NCBI GenBank assembly: GCA_039588295.1 | Contig: JBDHAB010000020.1 | Location: forward strand, 1-47,047 | Reading direction: 5' to 3' | Length of the DNA stretch: 47,047 bases | Source: Gemmatimonadota bacterium | GTDB taxonomy: Bacteria; Gemmatimonadota; Gemmatimonadetes; Gemmatimonadales; GWC2-71-9 | Part shown: positions 19,827-27,577 of the stretch, piece after piece | Position numbering within the stretch: the first letter of the stretch is position 1 | Layout of the letters: every line of letters starts with the position of its first letter | Translations under genes and position numbers: made by a program | The notes under the pieces: model-generated | Database searches by the model: none | The model's input: the letters and a program-made list of their open reading frames with translations, nothing else | What the model was told of the DNA's origin: nothing

Positions 19827-19904
19827 GGTCCGCTCCGTTTCTGCGCAAGGGTCCGACCTTGGTTGCCGCGTGACGCTCGGGGCTTCATACGGCCGCGGTT
19901 CAGC

Positions 19905-21407
19905 CTACTCCTGTGCGGCGCGTGCCACCTCCAGCGCAGCCACCCGCTCGCGAAGCGCCTCGATCTCGCGCTGCTGCTCTTGGATGGCGGTGAGGAGCAC
20001 AGCAGTGAGTTTACCATAGGCAACCGACAGGTATCCCTGGCTGTCCTCACCTACGAGTTCGGGGAACGCCTGCTGGACTTCCTGCGCCAGCAGGCCCACT
20101 TGTTGACCCGCAGGGTGAGTCTGCTCGTCCCTCCAGTTGAACGTCACCCCTCGGATACCTGTGAGTCTCGGGAGGACATCCGTGAGCGGCTGGACATCCT
20201 CCTTGAGGCGGGCATCGGATTGGCCAAACGTTCCGTTAACCCAGAGGTTACCGTTCTTGCGCAGCGTGAGCGCGTTCCAGCGACTGGCATCCGAGGACCC
20301 GTTGCCGGCCACGATCAGGTAGTCTGTCGCGACCCAGCTAGTCGCGGAGCCCTCGATCACGTTGTACTGGCCCAGGGCGAGCGACGCGTAGGCCGAGGCC
20401 GTGGTGTTGGCGCCCGTCGCCGTGGAGTACTCGCCGCTGGCCGTGGTGAAGCTGCCCATCGCCGTGGAGTAGTGGCCGCTTGCCGTGGTTTGCTGTCCCA
20501 TCGCCGTGGTGACAAAGCCGCTGGCGATGGTGTTGCTGCCCATCGCCGTGGAGGCGGTGCCGATGTTGGAGGCATCCCACTGGTTTCCGCTCACGACTCC
20601 AGCGCGGAAAGCGCGTTCCTTTGGCCACCACATCAGCCGGACCCCAGGCCCGGTGGCGGGGATCGCGCCGACGCCGGGGGTGCCGAGCACGACGAAGCCA
20701 GCATCCTCGTCGACCTGCATGGCCGTGCCGTTGCCGGTCGCCAGCCTGCCCGCGATGGCGAGGTCACCGTTCTTGCGCAGCGTGAGCGCGTTCGAGCGAG
20801 CAGCAGGGCTCGTCCCGTTCCCTACCACGAGCACGGGGTCTGTCGCGACCCAGCTAGTCTGGTCGCCCGCGATCACGTTGTACCGGCCCAGGGCGAGCGA
20901 CGTGTGTGCCTGGGCCGTCGTGCCTGCGCCCATTGCTGTGGAGTTGTTGCCGCTGGCCGTGGTGTTTTGCCCCATCGCCGTCGAACTCGCTCCATCGGCT
21001 TGGGTGTATTCTCCCATCGCCGTCGAGGAGACACCGCTGGCTGTTGTGCCTACGCCCAGCGCCGTAGAGTAGTTCTCACTGGCCGTGGTGTTGTAGCCCA
21101 TCGCCATGGAGCGGGTGCCGATCGAGGCGTCATCCCACTGGGATCCACTCACCCCGCCTGCCCGGAAGGCGCCGCGCCCCGGCCACCACAACAACCGGAC
21201 TCCCGCCCCCGCAACGGGAATAGCTCCGATGCCGGATGCGCCAAGCACGACCAGTCCGCCGTTCTCATCGACCTGCATCACCTTGGTGGCATCGCTCTTT
21301 TCGAGTTCGAGCAACGGGGTCTGACCCACAGCGGGTGAGGCGAGCCCCAAGACCGCCACGCCCGTTACGACGGTCAGCCAACAGTACATGCGATTCATGA
21401 TCTGCAC
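19905..21407 (-). CDS. Secreted fibre/adhesin-like protein, tandem paralogue with duplicated head-repeat-neck module and Peptidase_S74
   Basis: GTG 21407 aligns with ATG 19826 of the paralogue, with the same GGAG RBS. Signal ...LASPAVG|Q, STAMG repeats, QSDARLKEDV...VTFNW...GLLAQEV...Y..L, coiled coil. Confidence 0.85.
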   Translation of the reverse strand: MQIMNRMYCWLTVVTGVAVLGLASPAVGQTPLLELEKSDATKVMQVDENGGLVVLGASGIGAIPVAGAGVRLLWWPGRGAFRAGGVSGSQWDDASIGTRSMAMGYNTTASENYSTALGVGTTASGVSSTAMGEYTQADGASSTAMGQNTTASGNNSTAMGAGTTAQAHTSLALGRYNVIAGDQTSWVATDPVLVVGNGTSPAARSNALTLRKNGDLAIAGRLATGNGTAMQVDEDAGFVVLGTPGVGAIPATGPGVRLMWWPKERAFRAGVVSGNQWDASNIGTASTAMGSNTIASGFVTTAMGQQTTASGHYSTAMGSFTTASGEYSTATGANTTASAYASLALGQYNVIEGSATSWVATDYLIVAGNGSSDASRWNALTLRKNGNLWVNGTFGQSDARLKEDVQPLTDVLPRLTGIRGVTFNWRDEQTHPAGQQVGLLAQEVQQAFPELVGEDSQGYLSVAYGKLTAVLLTAIQEQQREIEALRERVAALEVARAAQE

Positions 21408-21495
21408 GGGTCGCTCCGTTTCTGACGCAAGGATCCGACGTATCTGTTGCACTGCGCCGCCCGAGGGACGGCCGCAGCGAGGTAGCTCGAGTTGC

Positions 21496-22794
21496 TCAAG
21501 GCGCGGGCTGGCGCACCAGGAGGTGGAACCCCTTCTCATTTAGGCTGCCGCCGCGCACCGTGAGGCTGCCCAACACCGTCGTCGCCCCGGTCAGTGCGAC
21601 ACTCCCCGTCACCCGCACACTCGGCACCAGCCCCTCGAGGGTGCAGCCCGAGCCCGTCATCACCACTAGCCCCGGACCCGTCACTTCCCCGTCAGCTACA
21701 ACATCCCGAGTCACCGTCAGCGTGTAGCCCACCAGGTCCGCCGTCGCGCCGCTTGCCACCTCCACGCGCCCGACCGTGGTACCCGCGGTCAAGGCCGGCA
21801 TCGTGGACGCAGCCGCTGGGATCTGCACCGTGTCCACCGGTGCCGGTGTCCCGGCAGGCAGCCAGTTGGTGGGGTTTGTCCAATCGCTTGCACCGGCGGC
21901 ATCGCCGCCCACCCAGACGCGGGTCACCCCCGCCGAGGTCACCGTGACCGCTACTGCGGCCGGGGCACGCGTACCGCTCGAGGCCGTGATCGTCACACTT
22001 CCGTCCGACATCGCCGACACCAGCCCGCTCGCGTCGACTTCCGCAATCGTCTCATTCGAGCTCAGATACGTCACCGTCTCACCCGCCTGCTCCCGACCGA
22101 TGACGTCCTTGACCACGGACGTGAGCTGCTGGGTCGCGCCTCCCCCGATCACCACCGCACCCGGCGTCGTCTCCACCCACCCGTTCGGGTGTTGCACCTG
22201 GGCCATCACGTAGACCTCAAACTCGAACGTGGTGACGCTCGGCGGCACGGCCCACTGCCACGTCTTGGCCGCGGAGATGGTCCCGGTGGCAAGGAGTTCG
22301 TCGTATTGGAAGTAGGGCTGATTGGTCCCCGTGAAGGTGCCGGTGCCATCCGCGTTCGCCACCGTCACGGTGCCGGTCCCACCGGTCACGTGCGGGCCGT
22401 CGTGGAAAAACACGCGGACGCCCTCAGGATCGAGGGTCGTGCCATCGGTGGTGCCCAGCGCCTGCCCGATCAGGTTCTGTACCGTCACGTCCGCCTGGAA
22501 CACCTGACTGCCGTCATAGCTCACGTTGGCCGAGGCCAGCAGCACGAAGATCCCCTGGCCCCCGAGTGTGACCGCGAGCGAGAGGCCCGGCGCGGGGTCC
22601 TCCTGCGGGCGCCGGCAGGATACCACGCCGGCGGCCACCTCTGCCCGACACGCGATCACCTGGGGCAGCGGCGCCGTGTCGTCCGGCAGCGTTGTCGGAT
22701 CGGTCGGGAGCGGCTGGTCGGTACACGCCCCCGCCCCCAGCAGCGCGAGCGTCAGCGCCAGCCTGCGCCTCGGAACGGACGATGTGCGCGACAT
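21496..22794 (-). CDS. Lipoprotein with conserved N-terminal beta-rich domain, Big_2-type Ig-like domain and C-terminal beta-solenoid-like segment
   Basis: GGAG RBS before ATG 22794, lipobox GAGAC, Ig-like VTYLSSNETIAEVDASGLVSAMSDGSVTITAS, WVGG...SDWTNPTNWLPAGTP motif typical of passenger-like repeats. Confidence 0.8.
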   Translation of the reverse strand: MSRTSSVPRRRLALTLALLGAGACTDQPLPTDPTTLPDDTAPLPQVIACRAEVAAGVVSCRRPQEDPAPGLSLAVTLGGQGIFVLLASANVSYDGSQVFQADVTVQNLIGQALGTTDGTTLDPEGVRVFFHDGPHVTGGTGTVTVANADGTGTFTGTNQPYFQYDELLATGTISAAKTWQWAVPPSVTTFEFEVYVMAQVQHPNGWVETTPGAVVIGGGATQQLTSVVKDVIGREQAGETVTYLSSNETIAEVDASGLVSAMSDGSVTITASSGTRAPAAVAVTVTSAGVTRVWVGGDAAGASDWTNPTNWLPAGTPAPVDTVQIPAAASTMPALTAGTTVGRVEVASGATADLVGYTLTVTRDVVADGEVTGPGLVVMTGSGCTLEGLVPSVRVTGSVALTGATTVLGSLTVRGGSLNEKGFHLLVRQPAP

Positions 22795-22827
22795 CTTGGT
22801 CTCCGTGGTTCGTGTCGTTGGGAACAC

Positions 22828-23004
22828 CTAGAACACGCTGCTTCCGCCACTGCCCGTGCCACCCGTCCCCGGGATCGGGCTGCCGGTCTGCAGGGTGAGG
22901 TCGGTCAGGCGTGGCAGATCGGTGATCTCCGGCTTCACCCAGCGTTGCTTCTCGTTGGGCGGCGCATCTGGATGTCGTCGGGGATCGGATGCGGTGCCGT
23001 CCAT
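22828..23004 (-). CDS. 58-aa putative RiPP-like precursor peptide with lasso-type leader motif
   Basis: Strong RBS GAGGAGG 6 nt before ATG 23004. MDGTASDPRRHPDAPPNEKQRWVKPEITDLPRLTDLTL|QTGSPIPGTGGTGSGGSSVF has W-17, P-14, I-12, T-2 spacing. Confidence 0.7.
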   Translation of the reverse strand: MDGTASDPRRHPDAPPNEKQRWVKPEITDLPRLTDLTLQTGSPIPGTGGTGSGGSSVF

Positions 23005-23128
23005 CGTCGCCTCCTCGTCTCTGGCCATGACCGCCGCGCGCCACGAGACGCGTCCGGCTCGCGGGCGCAGCGGCCGAGCGGTACGCTCACGGATCAACTT
23101 CCCAGACGGATGCTCCGCCAGCGGCTCA

Positions 23129-23202
23129 GCGGTCTCGTCGTCGTCGGGCGTCTGGAAGGAGGGCGTCAGGCAGGCGGCGAGGCTGGCAAGGCCACCGACG
23201 GG
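23129..23202 (-). promoter_or_regulatory. Conserved 5'-leader element, copy B
   Basis: Homologous to 17897-17969. It lies downstream of a candidate promoter (TTGCGC-17-CACACT) and about 125 nt upstream of the peptide start. Confidence 0.6.
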
Positions 23203-23737
23203 AGTTGTCTCGTCTACGTTCGGCTAGTGTGAAGCGCGGTCAATACGAGCGCAAGAGTCGCAGAACCGCAACAATTGAAGTGAATTAGTCGTGTATGCCC
23301 CTCACGATTTGAGAGTCTTTATGTCGTCGTTGCGACTTTGCTGAGACCCTCGCGCTGCAGCTGTGTTTTGGTGCGGGTGCGCCAGATGAGCGGTGGGTGG
23401 TGTGGCGGTGCCCGACCTGCGGGTGCGTAGCGGGTTCAGGACGTAGGCAAACCATCTGGCGCGGGGCTTTCTGGCCGGATGACCGCGGCACCGATGGCCG
23501 GGGAGGCGGCAGGCGACAACCCTCGCGGAATACGAACACCTTGCCTTCATGGTCCGTGACCGCAATCGCATCGCCGTCAAAACCACCCCCCTGCCCCCTG
23601 CCCCCCTGAAACCTTCCCGCCCTCCACCCCGTCGGTTGAGATAGAGCAAACAGACACTCGGGCCACCTCCGAGGCGCGCACCCCGGGGGGGGATCGCCCC
23701 GACCGGATGAAGCAACCGACGGGAGGGGGTGCGTACG

Positions 23738-25969
23738 ATGTGGAACCGCAGGGCCACCGCAGCCACCACGCTTGCGTTTGGATTCGTAGCGTTCCCACAT
23801 GCGCTCGCCGCGCAGCAAAGCCCCCCGAAAGTCCCTCACCGCGTTCCCAAAGTCCAATCCGAAGCGCGCGTGGACGGGGTGCTTGACGACGAGGTATGGC
23901 AGCAGGCGCTCGTGCTCGAGCTGGCGTACGAGGTCCGTCCCGGCGAGAACATCGCCCCGCCGGTGAGAACCGAAGTGCTTTTGGCCTACAGTGATTCCCG
24001 CTTCTATGCCGCGTTCCGGGCGTTCGATCCGAATCCTGGGGCTGTCCGGGCCAACATCACCGACCGCGACGCGATGTACGGCGACGATTGGGTGGCCCTC
24101 ATCCTCGATACGTTCAACGACGAGCGCCGCACGTTCGATTTTCTGTGCAACCCGCTCGGGGTCCAGGGCGACATGATCGAGAGCCCGGAGGGCGGCGAGG
24201 GCGACTGGGATGCCATCTGGGACTCCGACGGTCAGATTACCCCGGACGGCTACGTCGTCGAAATCGCGATCCCGTTCAGCTCGCTCCGGTTCCAAGCGAG
24301 CGAGGGCGATCAGATTTGGGGGTTCGACGCCGTCCGAAGCTACCCGCGCGGTGTGCGGCACCACATTGGCCTGTTTCCGCGTGACCGCAGCAACAACTGC
24401 TACATGTGCCAGTCGGAGAAGTTGGTCGGGTTCGCCGGCGCCAGTCCGGGACGGAACGTGGAGCTGGACCCGACGATGTACGGTGTGCTCACCCAGGAAC
24501 GCGACGCGTTCCCGACCGGCGGGTTCTCCACGCGGGACAAGACGTTCGAGCCGGGTGTCACCGCACGCTGGGGCGTGACGCCGAGCCTCACACTCAACGC
24601 CACCGCCAATCCCGACTTCTCGAACGTCGAAGCGGACGTGGCACAGCTCGACATCAACCTCCAGTTCGCGCTGTTCTATCCCGAGAAGCGGCCGTTCTTC
24701 CTTGAGGGCGCGAGCTTCTACAACACCCGTCTCAACGCCGTGCATACCCGCACCCTGGCCGATCCCATCTGGGGGACCAAGCTCACGGGCAAGGAAGGGG
24801 GCAACGCCATCGGCTTCTTCACGGCACACGACGACATCACGAACCTGCTGTTCCCGGCGAGCCAGGGGTCGCGCACCATGTCGCTCTCGCAGCGGAGCCT
24901 CGGCACGGTGCTACGGTACCGCAGAGACCTCGGCAGGGCGTCGAACATCGGGCTGATCGTCACCGACCGCGAGGGCGCGGGATACCACAATCGCCTCGCC
25001 GGCATCGACGGTGCGTGGAAGATGACCAATACGGACGAGGTGCGGGTCCAGGTGCTGGGATCCCATACCAGATATCCCGATTCCGTGGGAGTCGACTTCG
25101 GGCAACCGGCAGGCGGGTTCGCGAGCACCGCGCTCGACGTGTTCTATCTCCACGCAACACGCGGTCACGACTGGTACGGGGTCTACCGGCAAGTCGGGCG
25201 CGACTTCCGGGCGGACTTGGGCTACATGCCGCGTGCCGACTTCCGCTACGGGGAGGTCGGCTGGGGACACACCTGGTTCAACTCACCCGATCACTGGTGG
25301 AACATGCTGAACTTCGGGGCGGGCGCGAGTCAGATGTGGGACCTCGAGGGCACCCGGTTGCAACGCGGCCTCGAGTTCTGGTTCAACTACGCCGGACTCG
25401 GGCAGACGTATCTCGATGTCGGCGGGCAGTACGGGACCGAGACGTACAACGGGATCGAGTTCGACTCCCGGTACCTGGAGCTCGACTTCTCGGTGCAGGG
25501 GTCGGGACGGCTGGAGTTCGCGGTCGAAGCGGCGGTGGGTGAACGGATCGACTACGCCAACACGCGCCAGGGGCACGGGATTCGGCTCGAGCCCTACGTC
25601 GGGCTCAAGATCGGCCGGCACCTCGCGTTCAACCTGGGCCACAGCTTCGAGCGGCTGAGCGTCGATGGGGGCCGACTGTACACGGCCAATATCAGCCAGC
25701 TCCGTACGGTCTACTGCTTCACCAAGCGGGTGTTCCTCCGCGCGATCCTCCAATACGTGCACTACAACCGGAACGCACCGCTGTACACGTTCGCGGTGGA
25801 TCCCCTGTCGAAGAGTCTGTTCAGCCAGGTGCTGTTCTCATACAAGATCAACCCGCAGACAGTGCTGTTCCTCGGCTACTCCGACAACCACGCAGGGGAC
25901 CAGGACATCGGATTGACGCAGTCCGACCGGACCGTGTTCATGAAGCTCGGATACGCGTGGGTGTTGTGA
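23738..25969 (+). CDS. CBM9-like sugar-binding domain plus DUF5916 outer-membrane beta-barrel protein
   Basis: Signal peptide, VDGVLDDEVW, YVVEIAIPFSSLRF, NPDFSNVEAD...LFYPEKRPFFLEG, barrel-type C-terminus FMKLGYAWVL. Confidence 0.85.
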   Translation: MWNRRATAATTLAFGFVAFPHALAAQQSPPKVPHRVPKVQSEARVDGVLDDEVWQQALVLELAYEVRPGENIAPPVRTEVLLAYSDSRFYAAFRAFDPNPGAVRANITDRDAMYGDDWVALILDTFNDERRTFDFLCNPLGVQGDMIESPEGGEGDWDAIWDSDGQITPDGYVVEIAIPFSSLRFQASEGDQIWGFDAVRSYPRGVRHHIGLFPRDRSNNCYMCQSEKLVGFAGASPGRNVELDPTMYGVLTQERDAFPTGGFSTRDKTFEPGVTARWGVTPSLTLNATANPDFSNVEADVAQLDINLQFALFYPEKRPFFLEGASFYNTRLNAVHTRTLADPIWGTKLTGKEGGNAIGFFTAHDDITNLLFPASQGSRTMSLSQRSLGTVLRYRRDLGRASNIGLIVTDREGAGYHNRLAGIDGAWKMTNTDEVRVQVLGSHTRYPDSVGVDFGQPAGGFASTALDVFYLHATRGHDWYGVYRQVGRDFRADLGYMPRADFRYGEVGWGHTWFNSPDHWWNMLNFGAGASQMWDLEGTRLQRGLEFWFNYAGLGQTYLDVGGQYGTETYNGIEFDSRYLELDFSVQGSGRLEFAVEAAVGERIDYANTRQGHGIRLEPYVGLKIGRHLAFNLGHSFERLSVDGGRLYTANISQLRTVYCFTKRVFLRAILQYVHYNRNAPLYTFAVDPLSKSLFSQVLFSYKINPQTVLFLGYSDNHAGDQDIGLTQSDRTVFMKLGYAWVL

Positions 25970-25980
25970 CGGGCGGTCAG

Positions 25981-26019
25981 GGGGTAGGGTGGTAGCTTAC
26001 TCTCGTACCGTCCTACCCC
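25981..26019 (+). terminator. Hairpin between convergent genes, overlapping the DUF1640-like stop codon
   Basis: GGGGTAGGGTGGTA-N11-TACCGTCCTACCCC, a 14-bp stem with two G-U pairs on the plus strand. No clear U tail. Confidence 0.5.
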
Positions 26020-26423
26020 CGTACCGCCAGAAGAAGTCCCGCCAACGGAATCACGGTTCCGGCCCAAAAGATGAACATCCACTTGATCATCTCGGCGCGG
26101 AGACCACTCAAACCGGTATTCAGCTTCGCATCGAATTCGGTCCTCAGCCCTTGCAGACCGCTGTCCAGCTTGGTCTCGAGCGTCGCGAACCGCTGTTCAA
26201 CATCCACGCGAAACTGCGCGAACCGCTGCTCGAACTCAACACGAGACTGCGCAAAGCGCTGTTCGACCTTGGCGTCAAACCGCTGGAAGTTGAGCTCGTT
26301 GAGCTCCCGCAGGTCGTTCCGGTACGTGGCGTCCACCGCGTTGAACCAGTCTACGAGCTCATTGGCGACGTCCTCGCCCAAGCGCTCGTAGAACTTCCGT
26401 GAGAGTCTGGCCGTAACGGGCAT
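26013..26423 (-). CDS. DUF1640/CCDC90-like coiled-coil protein with C-terminal membrane anchor, copy 1 (136 aa)
   Basis: GGGAG RBS. MPVTARLSRKFYERLGEDVANELVDWFNAVD, 11-residue EQRFAQ repeats, RAEMIKWMFIFWAG TM tail. Confidence 0.8.
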   Translation of the reverse strand: MPVTARLSRKFYERLGEDVANELVDWFNAVDATYRNDLRELNELNFQRFDAKVEQRFAQSRVEFEQRFAQFRVDVEQRFATLETKLDSGLQGLRTEFDAKLNTGLSGLRAEMIKWMFIFWAGTVIPLAGLLLAVRG

Positions 26424-26458
26424 GGCGGTGCTCCCTCGTTGGCCCACCGCCACCCTAC

Positions 26459-26487
26459 ATCATACGCTCGGCAGGCCGAGAGGCGAA
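26459..26487 (-). promoter_or_regulatory. Sigma70-type promoter with palindrome in the spacer, copy 1
   Basis: TTCGCC-17bp-TATGAT. The spacer holds CTCGGC-N2-GCCGAG (26467-26480). Conserved with 31398-31426. Confidence 0.65.
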
Positions 26488-26741
26488 AGAGTGCGTGGGG
26501 GAGCGTTGTAGCCGTGTCCATGTAGACACTTCCCCACCGTGCCTGACGTGTCCGTCCGGAAACAATCGGCCGGTGGGGCGGTCCCAATCGGAGCACTTCC
26601 TGGTTACTCAAATCATTGCACAGTAATGACTTGACACAGCGTGGGCCAACCGTGGCTGCGGCGGCCCGTTGCATGCCCTTGCTCTCGGTGGATCGGAGGC
26701 CGTTCAACTGTGCCACGGGATGCCAACGAGGAGGGGAAATC

Positions 26742-27509
26742 ATGCGACGGATGCAACCGAACGAGGATGGTGGCTGCGGTCATCTCGGAACGACCGCGTT
26801 CTTAGGGCTCCTGCTGGTCCAGCTCCTGCCGGCCGGCGAGGTGTCGGCGCAGCACACTTCGCCCGCAGTCGACCAGATCCTGGAGCGGTACATCGAGGCG
26901 GTCGGCGGTCGGGACGCGGTCGCGAAACTCCGCACGCGCGTCATGACCGGTCGGCTCGTCACCGATCTGCCGTCGAGATCCCCGCCAGTGTACGAGGAGG
27001 TCTCCATCGAGATCCGTGCAGCCTCGGCAAACGGCTACCTCGTGACCGAGCAGTCCGCCGGTGGGACGCGCTGGGACGGCTTCGACGGTGCGATCCAGTG
27101 GAGCCAGGATGGAGTTCGGGTCACGCTCCACGATCGAGTTGATGTACGGTTTGCCTGGCTGGTCGACCCACAGAATGCGCTGCGCATGCGGGAGTACTTT
27201 CCCGACTTGAGGCTTCGCGGTAGCAGGCGACTGGAGGACCGCCTGGTGTACGTCGTCGACATGGACAACGATGAATCGCACGCGCTCTGCTTCGATGCCG
27301 CAAGCGGGCTGCTCGTCCGTCTCGGATACAACCGTGAATTAGGAGAGTATCGTACGGTGGACGGTGTGCAGGTACCCTTCCGTGTCGCGCTCAGCCGAAA
27401 GGGCGGGTCGAGCACGTACGTGTTCGACCGCATCGAACATGATGTACCCGTCGATGCGTCCCTGTTTGCCGTTCCCGACACTTCAGGTGTCGACCACAGT
27501 GCATCATGA
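26742..27509 (+). CDS. Exported hypothetical protein, LolA-like/lipoprotein-sorting-type fold suspected
   Basis: GAGG RBS, signal ...VSA|Q, VDQILERYIEAVGG N-terminus and FDAASGLLVR...EYRTVDGVQVPF...VDASLFAVP C-terminus typical of this family. Confidence 0.6.
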   Translation: MRRMQPNEDGGCGHLGTTAFLGLLLVQLLPAGEVSAQHTSPAVDQILERYIEAVGGRDAVAKLRTRVMTGRLVTDLPSRSPPVYEEVSIEIRAASANGYLVTEQSAGGTRWDGFDGAIQWSQDGVRVTLHDRVDVRFAWLVDPQNALRMREYFPDLRLRGSRRLEDRLVYVVDMDNDESHALCFDAASGLLVRLGYNRELGEYRTVDGVQVPFRVALSRKGGSSTYVFDRIEHDVPVDASLFAVPDTSGVDHSAS

Positions 27510-27577
27510 GACAGGCGGGATCGACCGTGCGGCGCGCTCCGCCGCCACGGGAGGCTGAAGCCTCCCGACTCCTTCGT

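Noticed and set aside
19740..21338. Long antisense and alternate-frame ORFs (for example 2802-3962, 9053-10210, 19740-21338, 23285-24829, 28085-29302, 43001-44686)
   Set aside because: They are shadows of well-supported genes in high-GC DNA, with Arg/Pro/Gly-rich composition and no family motifs.
18135..21407. Prophage tail-fibre module or classical trimeric autotransporters
   Set aside because: Both proteins have Sec signal peptides, there are no capsid, terminase, integrase or baseplate genes, and no C-terminal YadA anchor barrel.
22828..23004. Calling the peptide a true lasso peptide
   Set aside because: The core has no Asp/Glu for the macrolactam and no lasso cyclase or protease is nearby. 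Kept only as RiPP-like.
23445..23510. GGCAAACC...GATGGCCGGGG resembling the ends of a c-di-GMP-I riboswitch
   Set aside because: The GNRA-capped P2 stem and the GACGCAAAGC junction are absent, so the match is only to short terminal words.
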